From NCBI GenBank assembly GCA_003427395.1, contig BFEA01000013.1, positions 403,326 through 467,325 on the forward strand: DNA of 64,000 nt, read 5' to 3'. Shown one piece after another: positions 23,601 to 36,488 of the stretch (the stretch's first letter is position 1; every line of letters starts with the position of its first letter). The position numbers and the translations under genes were made by a program. Source of the DNA: Chara braunii. Lineage: Eukaryota; Plantae; Charophyceae. The notes under the pieces are model-generated. The model did not search any database. It worked only from the letters and a program-made list of their open reading frames with translations, and was not told the DNA's origin.

Positions 23601-24889
23601 TCTTCTTTTTTTTCACAGTTATCAAGAACAAAATACCCGCCTCCTCTTTTCCCAACTGTTTCAGTCGCTGCCCCAGATTATTTCCTCGCGTCCCTCCGTC
23701 TCCCACTTTTTTGACTGGCCGTACTGCACCCTACCGAAGTCTCAGCCCGATACACACTGGACAAGGCTCGAGCCAAGGCTCCTCTTTTCTTTCTTGACCC
23801 CTCAGTCGGTCCCGGACGGTTGATGCCATGGCTTGCCTAGCTTCACCGCTCCTCATCCCCCTTTTTAGAGCATGTCTATCTGTGCCCAGTGTCTTTTACG
23901 GGAACCTACCCTGCTAGCAACGTGACTTCAATCGTCTTCATTTTCCCATTTCAGTTTTATGTCTGCAAACACCGGCTGCTGGCGCTTTCCGGCCTGCTCT
24001 TCTGTCGGAATTCACTTCATCCGTCTTTTGCCCCGCATGGTCTGCTCTGCATTGGAGTCGCCCATCTCGTGACCCCCCCCCCGCTTTTGCGCTTAGCATT
24101 GGTTGTCTCTCTCCCTGCTCGTTAAAGTGTCAGCAAAAATTTAGAGAAGCAATTTCTTCCTCCCCCCCCCCCGAAAATTTCTAAGTCTCTTGCATCCACA
24201 CACCAATACGCAAAAGCAAAGACAACCTATACCGTCCTCCTTCATACTGTGGCCCTCACGCGAAGTCCAGATCCCTTTGCCGATGTTTTCGATCGACCGA
24301 CCGCAGCCGACACGTCCAGGTACCCGCCCCCTTTTCGGTCAGCGCGCCATATCCCAAATCAGGCTACACCCCAACTATGAGAAGCCTCAGCTGCCGATTT
24401 TTGAAACCACGACTTTTTTCGCGATTGTCGCAGTGGAATAGCCTCGGCCTTACTTCACGATAAGGGCCGTTACGTCCAACCTGATCTTTCAGTACCGTTT
24501 TCCTAGCCAGGTGAGAGCAAACCCCACCACGTGCACCCGTGGTAGCTCGGCGGTCATACGTAACCGAGGTCTAGCGCCTTCACTGGTTCTCCATTTTAGG
24601 TCCGACCAAGGCCCATTCCGATGTACATCCTTCGCCCCGTATTTTCAGATTTTGACACCGAAACTCCGATCTTTTATGATCCGCCCGAGCCCACTTGCGA
24701 CCATGTTTTGGATCCTCACTTCAGCCAGCCGAAGGCTTAGTACGAAGACCCGGACGCCCGAGGACATCCACAAACGCCATATCCGCATGCACTCAGACGT
24801 CAAAACCAAGCAAAAAATGCAAAAAAATAAGGAAAAAATATTTTTTATTTCAAAGCAAAACCCTTCGGGTGTTAGAGAGCCGCCCGACA
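20643..24889 (-). repeat. 5' LTR of the nested gypsy element
   Basis: Direct repeat of 2263-6533, adjacent to the PBS, TG...CA termini. Confidence 0.95.
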
Positions 24890-24893
24890 ACGG

Positions 24894-25951
24894 TACAGGG
24901 ATACGCGTGTCTCGGTGGCTGCAGTCTGCCACACGCACGCTCCAGCTCATGGGCGTCCCACCCGACACGTGGGTGGCTTACCTCTCCACGCGCCTGCCCG
25001 ACAGTCCTTTCGACGTCTGGGAGGCACGCACTCCCTTCGTAAGGGTCGGACTCCGACCTTCCTAGATTTTGAGGCGTTTCTCGAGGATCGCTTCGGAGCT
25101 CGACATGACATGACCGACGCCTTCGAGGCTTCGAGCGTGTCGTCACTACACGTTGGTCCGACTTTGGTGGCGCTGCCGGCCTGGACCGCCACATCCAAGT
25201 CTTTTAGGACGCCCGCCTCATTTGTAATGTGGCGTTCCTCCCCGAGGCTGCCCTTATTGATCGCTTCTTGGCCAACCTTTCCCTTGAGTACCACTCTGAG
25301 CTATGGCTGTATAATTTCACATCGGCCCCGCATGCGTACGAGGCTTCCAAGGTTAATGGGCGGATTCGGGCCTGTCGTCACCCCACTTCCTCCTCCCAGC
25401 CCCAGCGTACTCGTTACGCTCCCTCCTTCTCTCATGACACTCCTCAGCGCTGTTCTTTTTTCCACGGTCGCCCCTGCCGTTCCACGCAGTAGGGCCGCCA
25501 CTTCTCGCGCTGCTTCAGCACGCTCGAGTGTGGTGAGAAGGACGTTGTTGCCCCGTTGTCGCCTGAGGATGACCATAGCGATGACCTCGACCTCTGCGAG
25601 GCTATCCACTATCACCTTGAGGACTTTACCCTCCCTATAGCCGAGCGCCTCCAGCTCGCCCTTTCCACCCTCTCTCGGGCACGCAGCCGCTCTGGTCACA
25701 TTGGCGCATCGCCCCTTGAGGTCCCTAAGGAGGACCTCCCTCAGGGCTTCGTCCCTCCTCGCGGTGTCCTTTCCGCTGAGGAGCATGCGTCCATTTTGGG
25801 CCGGCGTGGGTGTTTGCGCTGCCACCAGGAAGGTCATACCTCCTCGTGGTGCCCTTACACCGCCGCCCTCGACCGCTACTATGTTGAGCTCTCTCGCCAG
25901 CGTCGTGCTCAGTCCCCCCCAGGCACCTCGCATCCCTGTGACGCCTCCTAG
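24894..25951 (+). pseudogene. gag: Chromovirus gag, capsid part and CCHC zinc knuckle
   Basis: VSRWLQSATRTL..TWVAYLSTRL, LIDRFLANL, CLRCHQEGHTSSWC. Confidence 0.82.
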
Positions 25952-26299
25952 CCACGGTGCAGTGTACACCTGCGCCCTCCTCAGAAGTCGACTTCCCGAC
26001 ATCTCCGTCACGGTTTGCCACGATCACTACTGGAGTTGAGGTATCGCAGGACCTACATAGTGTACTCAACCCTCTGTCGCAGTACCGTCTGCGCCTCCGC
26101 AGACCACCGTCTCCCCTCCTTCCTCTGCGTGACTACCGACGCGTCGAGCCATTCACTCAGCCCATTGCAGCGAGCAACTTGGGACTCGCGAGGACGATGT
26201 GTCCTCCCTTTTGGACTTGAGCATGCTTAGGCTCGTAAGGAGCGACTCACCCTCCTTGTCGCCGCACTGCGTCGCCTTCTCACCATCCTCTCTGACCCT

Positions 26300-29200
26300 G
26301 ATCGCGCCCTCCTGATCATTCCAGTACGACTGGGGACCTCCACGAGGGTGTACTCAGCGTTGTGGGATTCTGGTTCTCAGGGCGACTTCATTCACCCACG
26401 TGTGGCGAAAGAAGCTCGCTTACCCACGACAGGGTCACCGACTCCCATCTCCGTCACCCTAGGGGATGATCGTCCCCAGACGCCTCATCGTCACTGACCT
26501 CCCTTTCCTCCTCACTCTCGAGGCGACTGATCGTCCCCAGACGCCTCGTCGCCACCGCTCCTCTGCAAATTTCGATGTGATGGAGACGGGGTACAATTTC
26601 ATTCTTGGTACTCCGTGGTCTCGTCGGTTCCACAGCACCGAGGCCGATTGGGCGACCAACACTCTCGTTTTCAGAACGAAGTGTGGACAGACGTATCGCG
26701 TACCTTTTATAGGTACCACCTCGACACCACGCTTCGATGCTCCTCCCCCGGAGCCTTTCGTGCCCACACCATCTCCTACTGTCACCGTCACCTCGACTCG
26801 GCAGTTCGCCTACTTCATCTGACAGGACAACGTCACCTTCTTTACGGTGAACGTTACGGATCTTTTGCACTATGATCCACCCTATCCAGACGCCTAGCTC
26901 ATCTCTCTGGACTTGGATCCTCCTTCTATCTCTATGGCTTCCATCTCTACTTCCCTCCCTCCGTCGTCAGTTTTCACCCCGCCGTCGCGCGCTGATGCTG
27001 ATGCCGAGGAACTCGCACGCTATACGGCCGACCTGGAGCCCGCAGTTCATGACGTCATTCGAGAGTACCACGACGTTTTCCCATCGTCGTTCTCGTACGC
27101 CGGCATCCCATCGATGCGCGACGTCGAGCATCTCATCCAGCTTGTGCCTGACTATCATGTTCACCACAAGACACCCTACAGACTCTCGATCCCCAAGGCC
27201 AACGAACTCAAGCGTCAGCTTGAGGAGCCCCTTAGACTGGGTTTCATTAAACCCAGCTACTCCTCGTGGGGTGCACCCGTCCTTTTTTCTCGCAAAGCGG
27301 ATGAAACTATCTGTCTCTACATCGATTAGCATGGCCCCAACCGCTACACGGTCAAGAACAATTACCCCATGCCTAGTTCCAATGAGTTGTTCGACCGCCT
27401 AGCAGGCAACCGCTTCTTTACGAAGATTGATCTTCGTAGCGGTTACCATCAGATTTGCATCGCTGCAGCGGACCAGCCGAAGATAGCGTTCCGATTGCGC
27501 TTCGGCCACTATGAGTTTACGGTGATGCTATTCGACCTCACCAACACACCCGCTACCTTCCAGAGGGCGATGAACGACATCTTCAGGGACATCCTAGAGC
27601 AGTACTTTCTCGTCTACCTCGACAATATCTTGATCTACAGTCGTACCCTTGAAGAGCACATTGGACACCTTCGCGATGCCCTTGACCGCTTGAGCAGACA
27701 TGGCTTCTACGCCAAGCTGAGCAAGTGTCGCTTTGCACATAAAGTGAATTTCTTAGGACACTATGTGTCTGACCAGGGTCTCCACAAGGACGACGCGAAG
27801 ATCACTGCTATTGCGAAGTGGCTCATCCCCACATCGGCCAAGCAGCTTCGCAACTTGCTAGTGAGTGTCGCTTTGCCCAGTGCAAAGTGAATTTCTTAGG
27901 ACACTACGTGTTTGATCAAGGTCTCCACATGGACGACGCGAAGATCACCGCTATTGTGGAGTGACTTGTCCCCACATCGGCCAAGCAACTTCGCAGCGTC
28001 CTAGACCTCACTAGTAATTTCATACAGGGATACGCTAGGTATTCCTACGTCCTTACCTCCACCCTCCTCCGGAAGAACCCGCCATGTGTTTGGACACCCC
28101 TTCACGAGGACGCGTTCCGCGCCCTCAAGAAGGTGGTGACATGTGCACCGGTTTTGCACCTACCCGATTTTGATCGCTCTTTTATCCTTACCACCATTGC
28201 GCCAGACTTTGCTGTAGGAGCAGTGCTATCTCATATTTTCCCCTCCTCCCCTGATTCCTCTCATCCTCGCATCCCTCGCTTTCCACCCCCTACCCCTACC
28301 ACTGCTTCCCGCTTTATGCCTACTCGTCCAGCTACTGACGAGCCTTCTATTGACTATTCTCTTACCATCGTCGAGGACGGTACAGTCGAGTCTTTCTAAG
28401 GTGATTGTCCGATAGCCTTCTACTCCCGTCAGTTCCTGTCTGCCGAGATAAACTACATTGTTGATGAACGTGTGGTTCTCGCAGTAGTTTATGCTACTTG
28501 ATACTGGCGTCACTACCTGTATGGGACACCATTCACGGTGCGCACAGACAACTCTGTTGTCCAGGGTTTTATGACAAAGCCGGAACTCATTCCTCGACAG
28601 ACTCGCTGGTGACGCGACCTATCCGAGTTTAGTTTCACCACTGAGCACATCAAGGGTGAGATTAATCGGGTCGCAGATGTTTTTTCCCGGCGCCCTGACC
28701 ATGATCTGGGGCAAATCCAGCTTGCTACCATCTCTGTCACCACCGTCCACCACTCGGTGATCAAAGAGTTTCGCACCCAGTACCGCCGCTGCCCCGACTA
28801 TCGTGACATCCATGCGACCGTTCGGAGTGGCAAGACCATCCCGAACTACTCTCTCGGGTACAATGGTCTTGTGTACTGGCACGGTTCACAGGGCACCAAA
28901 GAGCCTCATATTTGCGTTCCCTCCACTGGACAGCTACGTGTCCGGGAAGTAGCAGAGTTCCATGACCAGGCAGTTGCCGGTCATATGGACTTCCACAAGA
29001 CATTGACTCATGTGAGCCGCCTGTACGTCAGGCCGAAGCGCAAGGACTTTGTGAAGGACTACCTCGCAGTGTCTCACTTGTCAGGAGGTGAACAGTGTGA
29101 ACCACCTGCCTTATGGGTTGCTCCAGCCTCTTTCTATCCCTGAGGGTCGTTGGCAGTCCATCTCGATGGACTTTATCGGTCCTCTTCGTCCTTTGACACC

Positions 29201-29793
29201 CCGCAGTCATGATGCTATCCTGGTCGTCGTCGACCGCTTCGCGAAGCTTGCACGCTTTGTTCCGTGCCGCTATGCCATCAGTGCACATGTGGTCGCCAAC
29301 ATCGTGTTTGACCGAGTCGTGCATCACCACGGCTTATCTCTGAGCATCATATCTGACCGTGACCCGCGCTTTATTAGCCAATTCTGGCGACGGCTCCACA
29401 AGGTTTACGGCACCTAACTCCACTTCCCCTCATCTTACCATCCCCAGATCGATGGTAAGACCGAGGTCAGGAACAAGACTCTCGGCGATATTCTCCGAAG
29501 GATTGTTCGTGACGACCAGAAGTGGGATCTCCATCTTGCCCACGCGGAGATAGCCTACAACCATGCAGTCTTGCCACCCACGGGGATGTCGCCTTACTAT
29601 TGCGACCTCGGCTCTCACCCTCGTATTCGTGGACTCCCTTCGACCGTCACAGATGCACCCCGATACGAGTTGTCCCGTGCTAGATGATTGGGTTGCGCAC
29701 ATGACGTCGATGATGAAAACCGCGCATGAGCATATAGCCGCTTCCCAGACTCGCATGGCCGCACGTGCGAACCGATCGAGGATGGATCATCCA
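26300..29793 (+). pseudogene. pol: Chromovirus pol: protease, RT, RNase H, integrase core
   Basis: ALWDSGSQGDFI (26357-26392), KIDLRSGYHQI, YLDNI, APVLHLPDF, WQSISMDFIGPL, IISDRDPRF. Includes a ~135-bp tandem duplication at 27724-27995. Confidence 0.93.
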
Positions 29794-29874
29794 CGCAACA
29801 TCGATGAGCTGAAATGGCAAAACTAAAGTGGATGGAGTATCGAGAAGTCAAAGACGTGGGAAGATAAGTCAGAG

Positions 29875-30495
29875 TTAATCGTCGTATCGAGCAGGACGAT
29901 AACGAGTGCGCTGTGGACGCTCAGAAGCATCCGGCTGCTGCTGAAGGTCTACCTCAGATGGAGCAGGCTTGACTTCAGCGGTCTTCTCAGCTGAGGGAGA
30001 AGGAAGAGGGTCAGTGGGCTGAGGAGGAGCAGTCAACCCAGCACGACAAGCACGGTCGTAGGCACGCACCAACATGCGAGCGTTTGTAAGTACTCGAGGG
30101 GCTCCCTAGTAGTCTCCTCATTAGGGTAACACTTCCAACGTACGAGATACTCGACATGAGGAGGGTTGTCGTCGATAAATCGGCGACCAATGATGTATAA
30201 AACGAGGAACTCCTCGTGGCCATCCACCATGATGGGTGGAGGGCGCTCGTATAGTCGTCTAATGAAACGCTCAGACGGAGCGGTAGGAAGAAAACGTGGT
30301 AGACATCGTGCACACGAGCCTGACGTAGGTTGTCGGGCAGCTCTACACGGAAGTTGACCGGGCTAAAAGTAGTCTCAGCACCGACGGCCTTAAGAATGCG
30401 GCATGGTCCAAAGAAGCCACGCCGAAACTTGCGAAGCGTGTCCGCTTCGAGCTTTAAGTGGCGGGCGTCGATAAGCACATCATCAATGACTTTGA
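29875..30495 (-). pseudogene. Inverted integrase C-terminus (GPY/F-like region) and chromodomain of the host chromovirus
   Basis: KVIDDVLIDARH..FFGPCRIL..VHDVYHV and EEFLVLYIIGRR..EYLVRWKCYPNEETTREP lie on the minus strand, while the integrase core is on plus. Confidence 0.85.
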
Positions 30496-31625
30496 TGCAT
30501 GATTCCCTTACCCATCACATTTTTTACCCTATGTCGGCCCTCATGCCCTAGTTAGATAACCTTCTATCCTTCATCTAGGTGCGCCCTGTATACCAAGCTC
30601 CCGTATTCCCTTGCATGGTCGACCCTCCGTGGTGGTCACACCCCTTTGGTCGAGCATTACCCGCCCTGATGGTCTATCTCTTAGGGTCATTGGTTTTGTT
30701 CGCTCCCAGTTCCTTACCCTCATTGAGCCTGATGACATATGCCTCCCTGTCATTATGTGTGGATGCCTTTAGGAGTTTATCGACCCCTAGGCTACATTCG
30801 CCATCCGTGGAGACCATCACACTCTTTGGTTGCGACACACTTCTCCTGTGAGATATGGTTGTCTTGTTGTTGCTTTATTGATATCAGACTGAGGCTATTG
30901 CCTCTAATATTACTAGGATTTAGTTGTTTTTTCTTTTGTTGTTCTGATGACTTATACACTAGTCAGTTGTTTCCAGATTGAGGTTATTGCCTCCAACATT
31001 TTAGGATTTAGTTGTCATTACTTGTTATTTTCCTAGGACATGTACTAGTTAGTTGCTTCTGCTTTCACTTAGGCTGTTAGCTGTGACATTGCTGCCTTGT
31101 GACATTTTCTATCCTAGATTGCATCGCATGGACTCGGCATTGAGCTTGCTCCGCATCCTAGACTACTCGGGTTTTCTTTTTCTTTGGTAGAGTTCCGCTT
31201 CTTGGCGAAAGAGTGCTTGTATCTAGGCGATCCATCACATGTCGAGGATCGTGTAGCGGACCTCTGGTTGGCCTGTGAGACCAGCCCCTTGGCCTGTTCT
31301 CACAAGCCTGTGTTGTATTCGGGGTAGTCCAATCCAGGCCGGTACCTCTGTGGGTACGAGCCAGTCCAGTCCAATCCAGCCAGTCCGTTGGGGCACCCCA
31401 GCTAGAGTCTGTAGCTGCACTGTGCCATCTTGCTCCACCCTCATCCTCCATTTTCATCTCTATCCTAGGCAGAGCACCTCACCCAGTGGGTCCGCCACAT
31501 TTTACCTACTGATTCCACGATTCTGACTTGGCTCGTTTGGTATAATAAAATGAGCCAAAAAACAAAAAAAAAAAGGTTTTTGGATTCCTTTTATTTGTTT
31601 CATATTTGAGAAAAAATGTGTTATG

Positions 31626-31804
31626 AACCTAAGAGTCTAGCTCAGTGGGTACACCCATGAACTGTTGAAATACACATCTGTGTTTGAATCCAGATGATGA
31701 AATTTGACGAGTAAAACCAACTAGTAATGAATTGTTTGGGGCCGGTCAGATCAATGATAATATCTCAAGGCGATCGCCATTTTTTTTGTTAAAAAAAAAA
31801 AAAA
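31626..31804 (+). mobile_element. tRNA-derived SINE (~180 bp)
   Basis: A box TAGCTCAGTGG (31638-31648), B box GTTTGAATCC (31682-31691) within a CATCTG/CAGATG stem, poly(A) tail, TSD GTGTTATG at 31618-31625 and 31805-31812. Confidence 0.78.
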
Positions 31805-32499
31805 GTGTTATGCCCTTCAAAGATGTGTGTATTTGTTGTATGCCCCTAAAAATACCAACTTCCCCTATTGTGGCCTAGGGGCCCAAAAACTTTTGGGTAG
31901 ACCCCTGTCAAGAGGGGGGCCAGCTTTGCGCCAAGCTCTTGTTGGATTGACGATTGTACATCCAATCATGTGGAAAAAGGGACAACGACGTTAAAGAAAA
32001 TTGTGTCGTGACGCCAACACATGAGAACGTAGCATGCGATAGAGGAGGGCATCTGAATACGGCATGAAAAGAGTCTAAGAACCATGAACTGAGCAAGGGA
32101 TATGAAGAACGGTCTAGTAGGTGCCACCCGAGTAAGTGTCGAGCCACGACCAACCTGAAAAATAAATAGTCTTGACTGCCATAATAAAAAGGGCTAGAAA
32201 GAGAAAGGCGAGGCTTAAAGGGGGTGCAACGAATTGCAAGGGCCTTGAAAATGAAAGGCCCAGGTACGTTGGACCTGAAAAATAAGACCCTAATGTGATC
32301 CGGAGAAAAACGAACAGCAAATGTGAGAACAGAAAAACCCAGGGAGAGATTGAGAAAGGTAGGCGAGCATGGGAATAGAAAAAGGGCAAGTCGCCACATC
32401 ATGGCCAACATGCCCTTCCCAAAAGAGGCCTAGGGGCCTTGAACACGCCATTAAGTCTAGATGCAGTTGGGAAAGAAATGAACGAAAATGGACACCTAG

Positions 32500-33514
32500 A
32501 GCAAAAGAAAACACATGTTTTACATACATTTTGTGACTGGATTCATCCCAAGATGAAACGGTTACAAAATGTTTCCATTTTTTTATTATTTTCAAAGATA
32601 AAATTTTAAAAAATCAAGGAGGAGGAAGACCGAGATGCAACAGACCACAAAATGTAAAGCGAAAACATGTTTCAAGTACATCCAGAGCCAATATTGAGTC
32701 CGAATGCACTTGGGGATGTGTTGTTTTAATTTGTTTTCGTTTTGGTCAAGCATGGTGGCAGTGAGACTAGGAAAAAGGTCACCATTGCACTTTGAGATCT
32801 AACGGACAACAGAGTGTCAAGGCTATAAGAAAACAGGCCTTGACGACCGAGGGTACTACAAAAAGGGGCCCCAACGAGGCCAAGAATAACCGGTACACTT
32901 AGATGTGTCAAAAGGAGGAAATTGGGATTGCGCGGACAAAGGAGTCCCAAATAAAATTGGGACGATATGTGGAGTGGCGCTGGGGACCGTGAACGACCAA
33001 GTAAAAATAATGACAGTTTGGGACGTGTGTCGACGGGACCACCGACGGGACAAGTGTCGGAGACTACTACGGGATGAATGCTGGGGACTTGGGTTGCCCC
33101 AAGAAGAACTATGGAGCGGCATGAGGAATAAATACGAAAGAGCAAACGGAGTCGTCAAGATCAAAATTTTAACGACCGAAAATATTAGCATTACTAGCAA
33201 ACTGAAGAGTCGTAGAGGAAGAAAAGAAGCAAAGAACTAGGATGTGGACTGCAATCCGAAATATATCGGACCAACCACCCTAGAGAAAATGGAGCCTCGA
33301 GAGGCCCCATGAGAAAAATACGGTAACAAGAGAAAATCGAAGTAGGAGGTGCCACAATTTGGTGCAAACGGTGACAAAACGGGGCTTCCGTGAGTAAAGA
33401 GGTACCATAATTGCAGTCTGAGAATTAACGGACTGCACCTTGGGCATGGGCTAGGCCAGAATCAAGAGGTAGGGGCTAAAAAAAGTCTCAACAGCAAGTT
33501 GACACTTGAGATGT

Positions 33515-33561
<47 letters not shown>

Positions 33562-34800
33562 NAAAAAAAAAAAAAAAGAAGGGAGAATGAGTCAAAAGGG
33601 GATGAGAGGGAGTGAGTGAGTTGACCGTCCATAGAGACGGGCAAGTCCCTACTGCCCGAAGTTGGAGGGAAAAAGAAAATAAAAGAAAAAAAAATGAAAA
33701 AAAACACTAACGGTAAAAATACATCACTTGGGAGATATATTTGTGACTAGATTCATCCGAGGGTGAATCAGTCACAAAATATCTTGATTTTATTTAGATT
33801 TTACTGAGAAAATCAATGCCCCATGCAAGCAAGATGCAACGGAGTAAAAGAGGGAAGGAAAACGCATGTTTTTGGTTTATCATGAACCAATACTGAGCCT
33901 GGATGCACTTGGTAATTAACCGCTTCATTTTGTTTCAGTTTGGGGTAAGTTATGGGGCAATGAGATTAGGAAAAAGACCATTACCGCAGTCTGAGAAATA
34001 ACGGGCTACATATGGGTACCAAGTCCAAGGGAAAATGAGCCTTGGCACACTCAAGACACTAAAAAGAAGATTCTCAAGCTTGAAGCAAGTGGAAATGGTA
34101 AATAACAATCGTGAGATGAGGATCTCGTGACAGAGAATACTCAAGGCCTTTACATGGGAAGAAAAAATTGAGACTGTCGAAGACTTGAGAGTCCCACATA
34201 AAAATTAGACGTCAGCGAGAACGATGCAGGGGACTAAATGAGTCCCAACAAAAATAATTGAAATTGAGACATGTACCGGCGGGAGTGTCGGTGAAACTAG
34301 AAAGTGAAAGTTGTGTGGGATGAGGGTCGGGGACTTGAGTGTCCCAAGGAAAACTGTGGGCTCCACATGGAGAATGAACGCGCGAAGAAAGTGACACCGT
34401 CGAAATCAAGATCTTGACGGAGGAAAATACTGGCAACCGCTATTGCAATATTTGAGTGGGGCACATATAGAGGGAATTTGGAAGCAAAAAGAGATAAGAA
34501 ATGGTGATGGGAGGTCTGCCCTACAGTCCGAGACATCTCGGACTAACAAGGCATGAGAAAATAGAGCCCCAAGGGGTTCTTCGCGAAAAACGGGTTTGTA
34601 AAGGAAAAATTGGAGCAAGGGGGACAAAAAATGGAGACTAACGGAGACAAAATAGAGCCCCTATGAGTATGGGGGTTTCATTATTGTAATCCGAGAAATA
34701 ACGGTCGGTTGTTGGACCTGGATCTGGGTCTAGACCAAGACCCATGGTCTAGAAAAAGAGTTTATGGCTGCTTAACACTTGTCACAATAGAAATAAAAAA
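32500..34800. repeat. Old diverged tandem duplication, ~1.2-1.25 kb unit, each ending in a long poly(A) run
   Basis: Colinear blocks at 32529/33740, 32704/33903, 32762/33961 and 33084/34330; A runs at ~33516-33577 and ~34795-34895. Confidence 0.6.
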
Positions 34801-34859
34801 AAAAAAAAAAAAAAAAAAAAGAAAAAAAAAGAGAGAAAAAAAAAAAAAAAAAACTTAAC

Positions 34860-34897
<38 letters not shown>

Positions 34898-36488
34898 AAG
34901 AAAAGCAGGGAGAATGAGACAAAGGGGGAAAAAAGAGTAAATGAGGATGAACTGACCAGTTGGGACTGATACAGTAGAGACTAGCAGGTTTCTAATGTGA
35001 CCTCATCACTCCGGATTTAGTGAAAGGCAATCCAGAGTGAAGAGATAAGTGCCTTGGGGCATTATTATCTCAACAAAATCTGAATTAAAAAGACTAAAAT
35101 GAGATCAAAAACAAAAAGAAATAGAGCGTTTTTGTTTTGGGTCATGAATCTGAGATTTTGAGATTCAGATTTATGGAGGAGGTGATGAGGCCTTTTTTTT
35201 GTGGGGCCATCTCAAACAGCCAACTCTGGAATGAGTTGGCAACCCAAAATAAAAAAAAACAAAAAAGGAAAAAAGACGAAATAATAGATTTCGTCGAAAT
35301 GAAAGGCAAATGCACAAAAAACTTTAAAAAATGAGCCTTGGAGCTTAAATTTGAAGTTAAGGTCACCTGGGGGTAGCTCGGATAAATGATGGTCTTGGAC
35401 CTCAGCCGGATCCAAGGCTGAGGATCCCATGGCAAAAGAAAATGCCTCAACCTACCCAAATTGGGGTAGGACTAGGGAAAATCGAGAAAAAAGCTCGTAA
35501 GGTATTTTTCTTTCAGCGCCAAGGGCATCATCTGAAAGTGAAAATGAGGCATAAGAAGGCTCTAGAGGCTGGCCGAGTTGGTACGAACCACTCGTACCGC
35601 ATGTACCTAGCCAAAAAGAGGTCCGGGTGCTCCCGAGAGGCCTAGTGGAGAGGAAAAGCCTTGGGGGTACCTTGATTCACGATGGGGCAAAGGGAGAGGC
35701 CTATGGGCTGACCGGAGTGCTTTGTCCAGCCTATATAAGTTGGGGGAGCAGCCCACCACACTCAGATTTGCATGAGGCAAGTACAAGCTGCCCATATGAG
35801 CCCAAAAGAACTCTACTACACTCAACTGGAGTGAAAGGAGGGGATCCGCCGCCAGCTTGGGAACTTGGAGGAGGTTATAGGTCAGTAGGAGAGCCTGTTG
35901 AGGCTAGTGAAGGTAGTGTTAACCTAGGGGAGTGATCTGCCATAGCCCCCATGATGTGAGAGAGAAAGAAAGGCTAGTGGGGGTCCGCTTAGCCCTCCCA
36001 AAGGCAATGATTTCATAGCCTTAGTGGTAAGAGTTTGCCATAGCCTGAGAGAGGTCGAGGAAGGAAAGAGTTGCGGGCCTTAAGAAGAAGGAAGTCATAG
36101 CCGGGCTGCAATTGTGCAAGGAGAAGGTGAGTGAGAAAGAGAAGAATGTGTTCTTCTCCTGCTGCTTCTCTTCCTCTTCTTCTCTTCCTCTCCCTTTTTT
36201 TTTTTTTTTTTTCCCCCACCTTCCTCCCCTACCTTCCTCTTCTTCCTCCACTTCTTTCTCAATACTTCTTCCCTTTTTTAACCATCTTTCATTCTCCTCC
36301 ACCCTCTCTCCTCTCCATCTCCTTCTTCTTCTTTCTCATTCCTCTCTCTTTTCTCTCTATAACTAACATATCGAGCATGGGGAGGGTAGTAGGTAGCTCC
36401 TCCACTAGGGATTGTCCCCATCTAGTCCTTTTCTTCTAGTCATAATAAATCATCACTTTACTTTTTATGTTTTTTAGCTTGGGATTCA

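Larger units (their letters stand above)
2263..24889 (-). mobile_element. Full-length (degenerate) non-chromoviral Ty3/gypsy LTR retrotransposon, Athila-like PBS, 22.6 kb
   Basis: Two ~4.25-kb LTRs with TGTCGGG...CCCGACA termini. TSD ACGG at 2259-2262 and 24890-24893. PBS and PPT present. gag-PR-RT-RH-IN on the minus strand with a GPY motif and no chromodomain. Confidence 0.96.
1283..30495 (+). mobile_element. Degenerate Ty3/gypsy chromovirus-type LTR retrotransposon (host of the nested element); LTRs not identified
   Basis: Domain order gag(CCHC)-PR-RT-RH-IN-chromodomain. Split by the 2263-24889 insertion. Many stops and frameshifts. Confidence 0.88.

Noticed and set aside
31218-31499. Possible 3' LTR of the host chromovirus (TGTATC...CCACA)
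   Set aside because: No matching 5' copy, PBS or TSD in the window.
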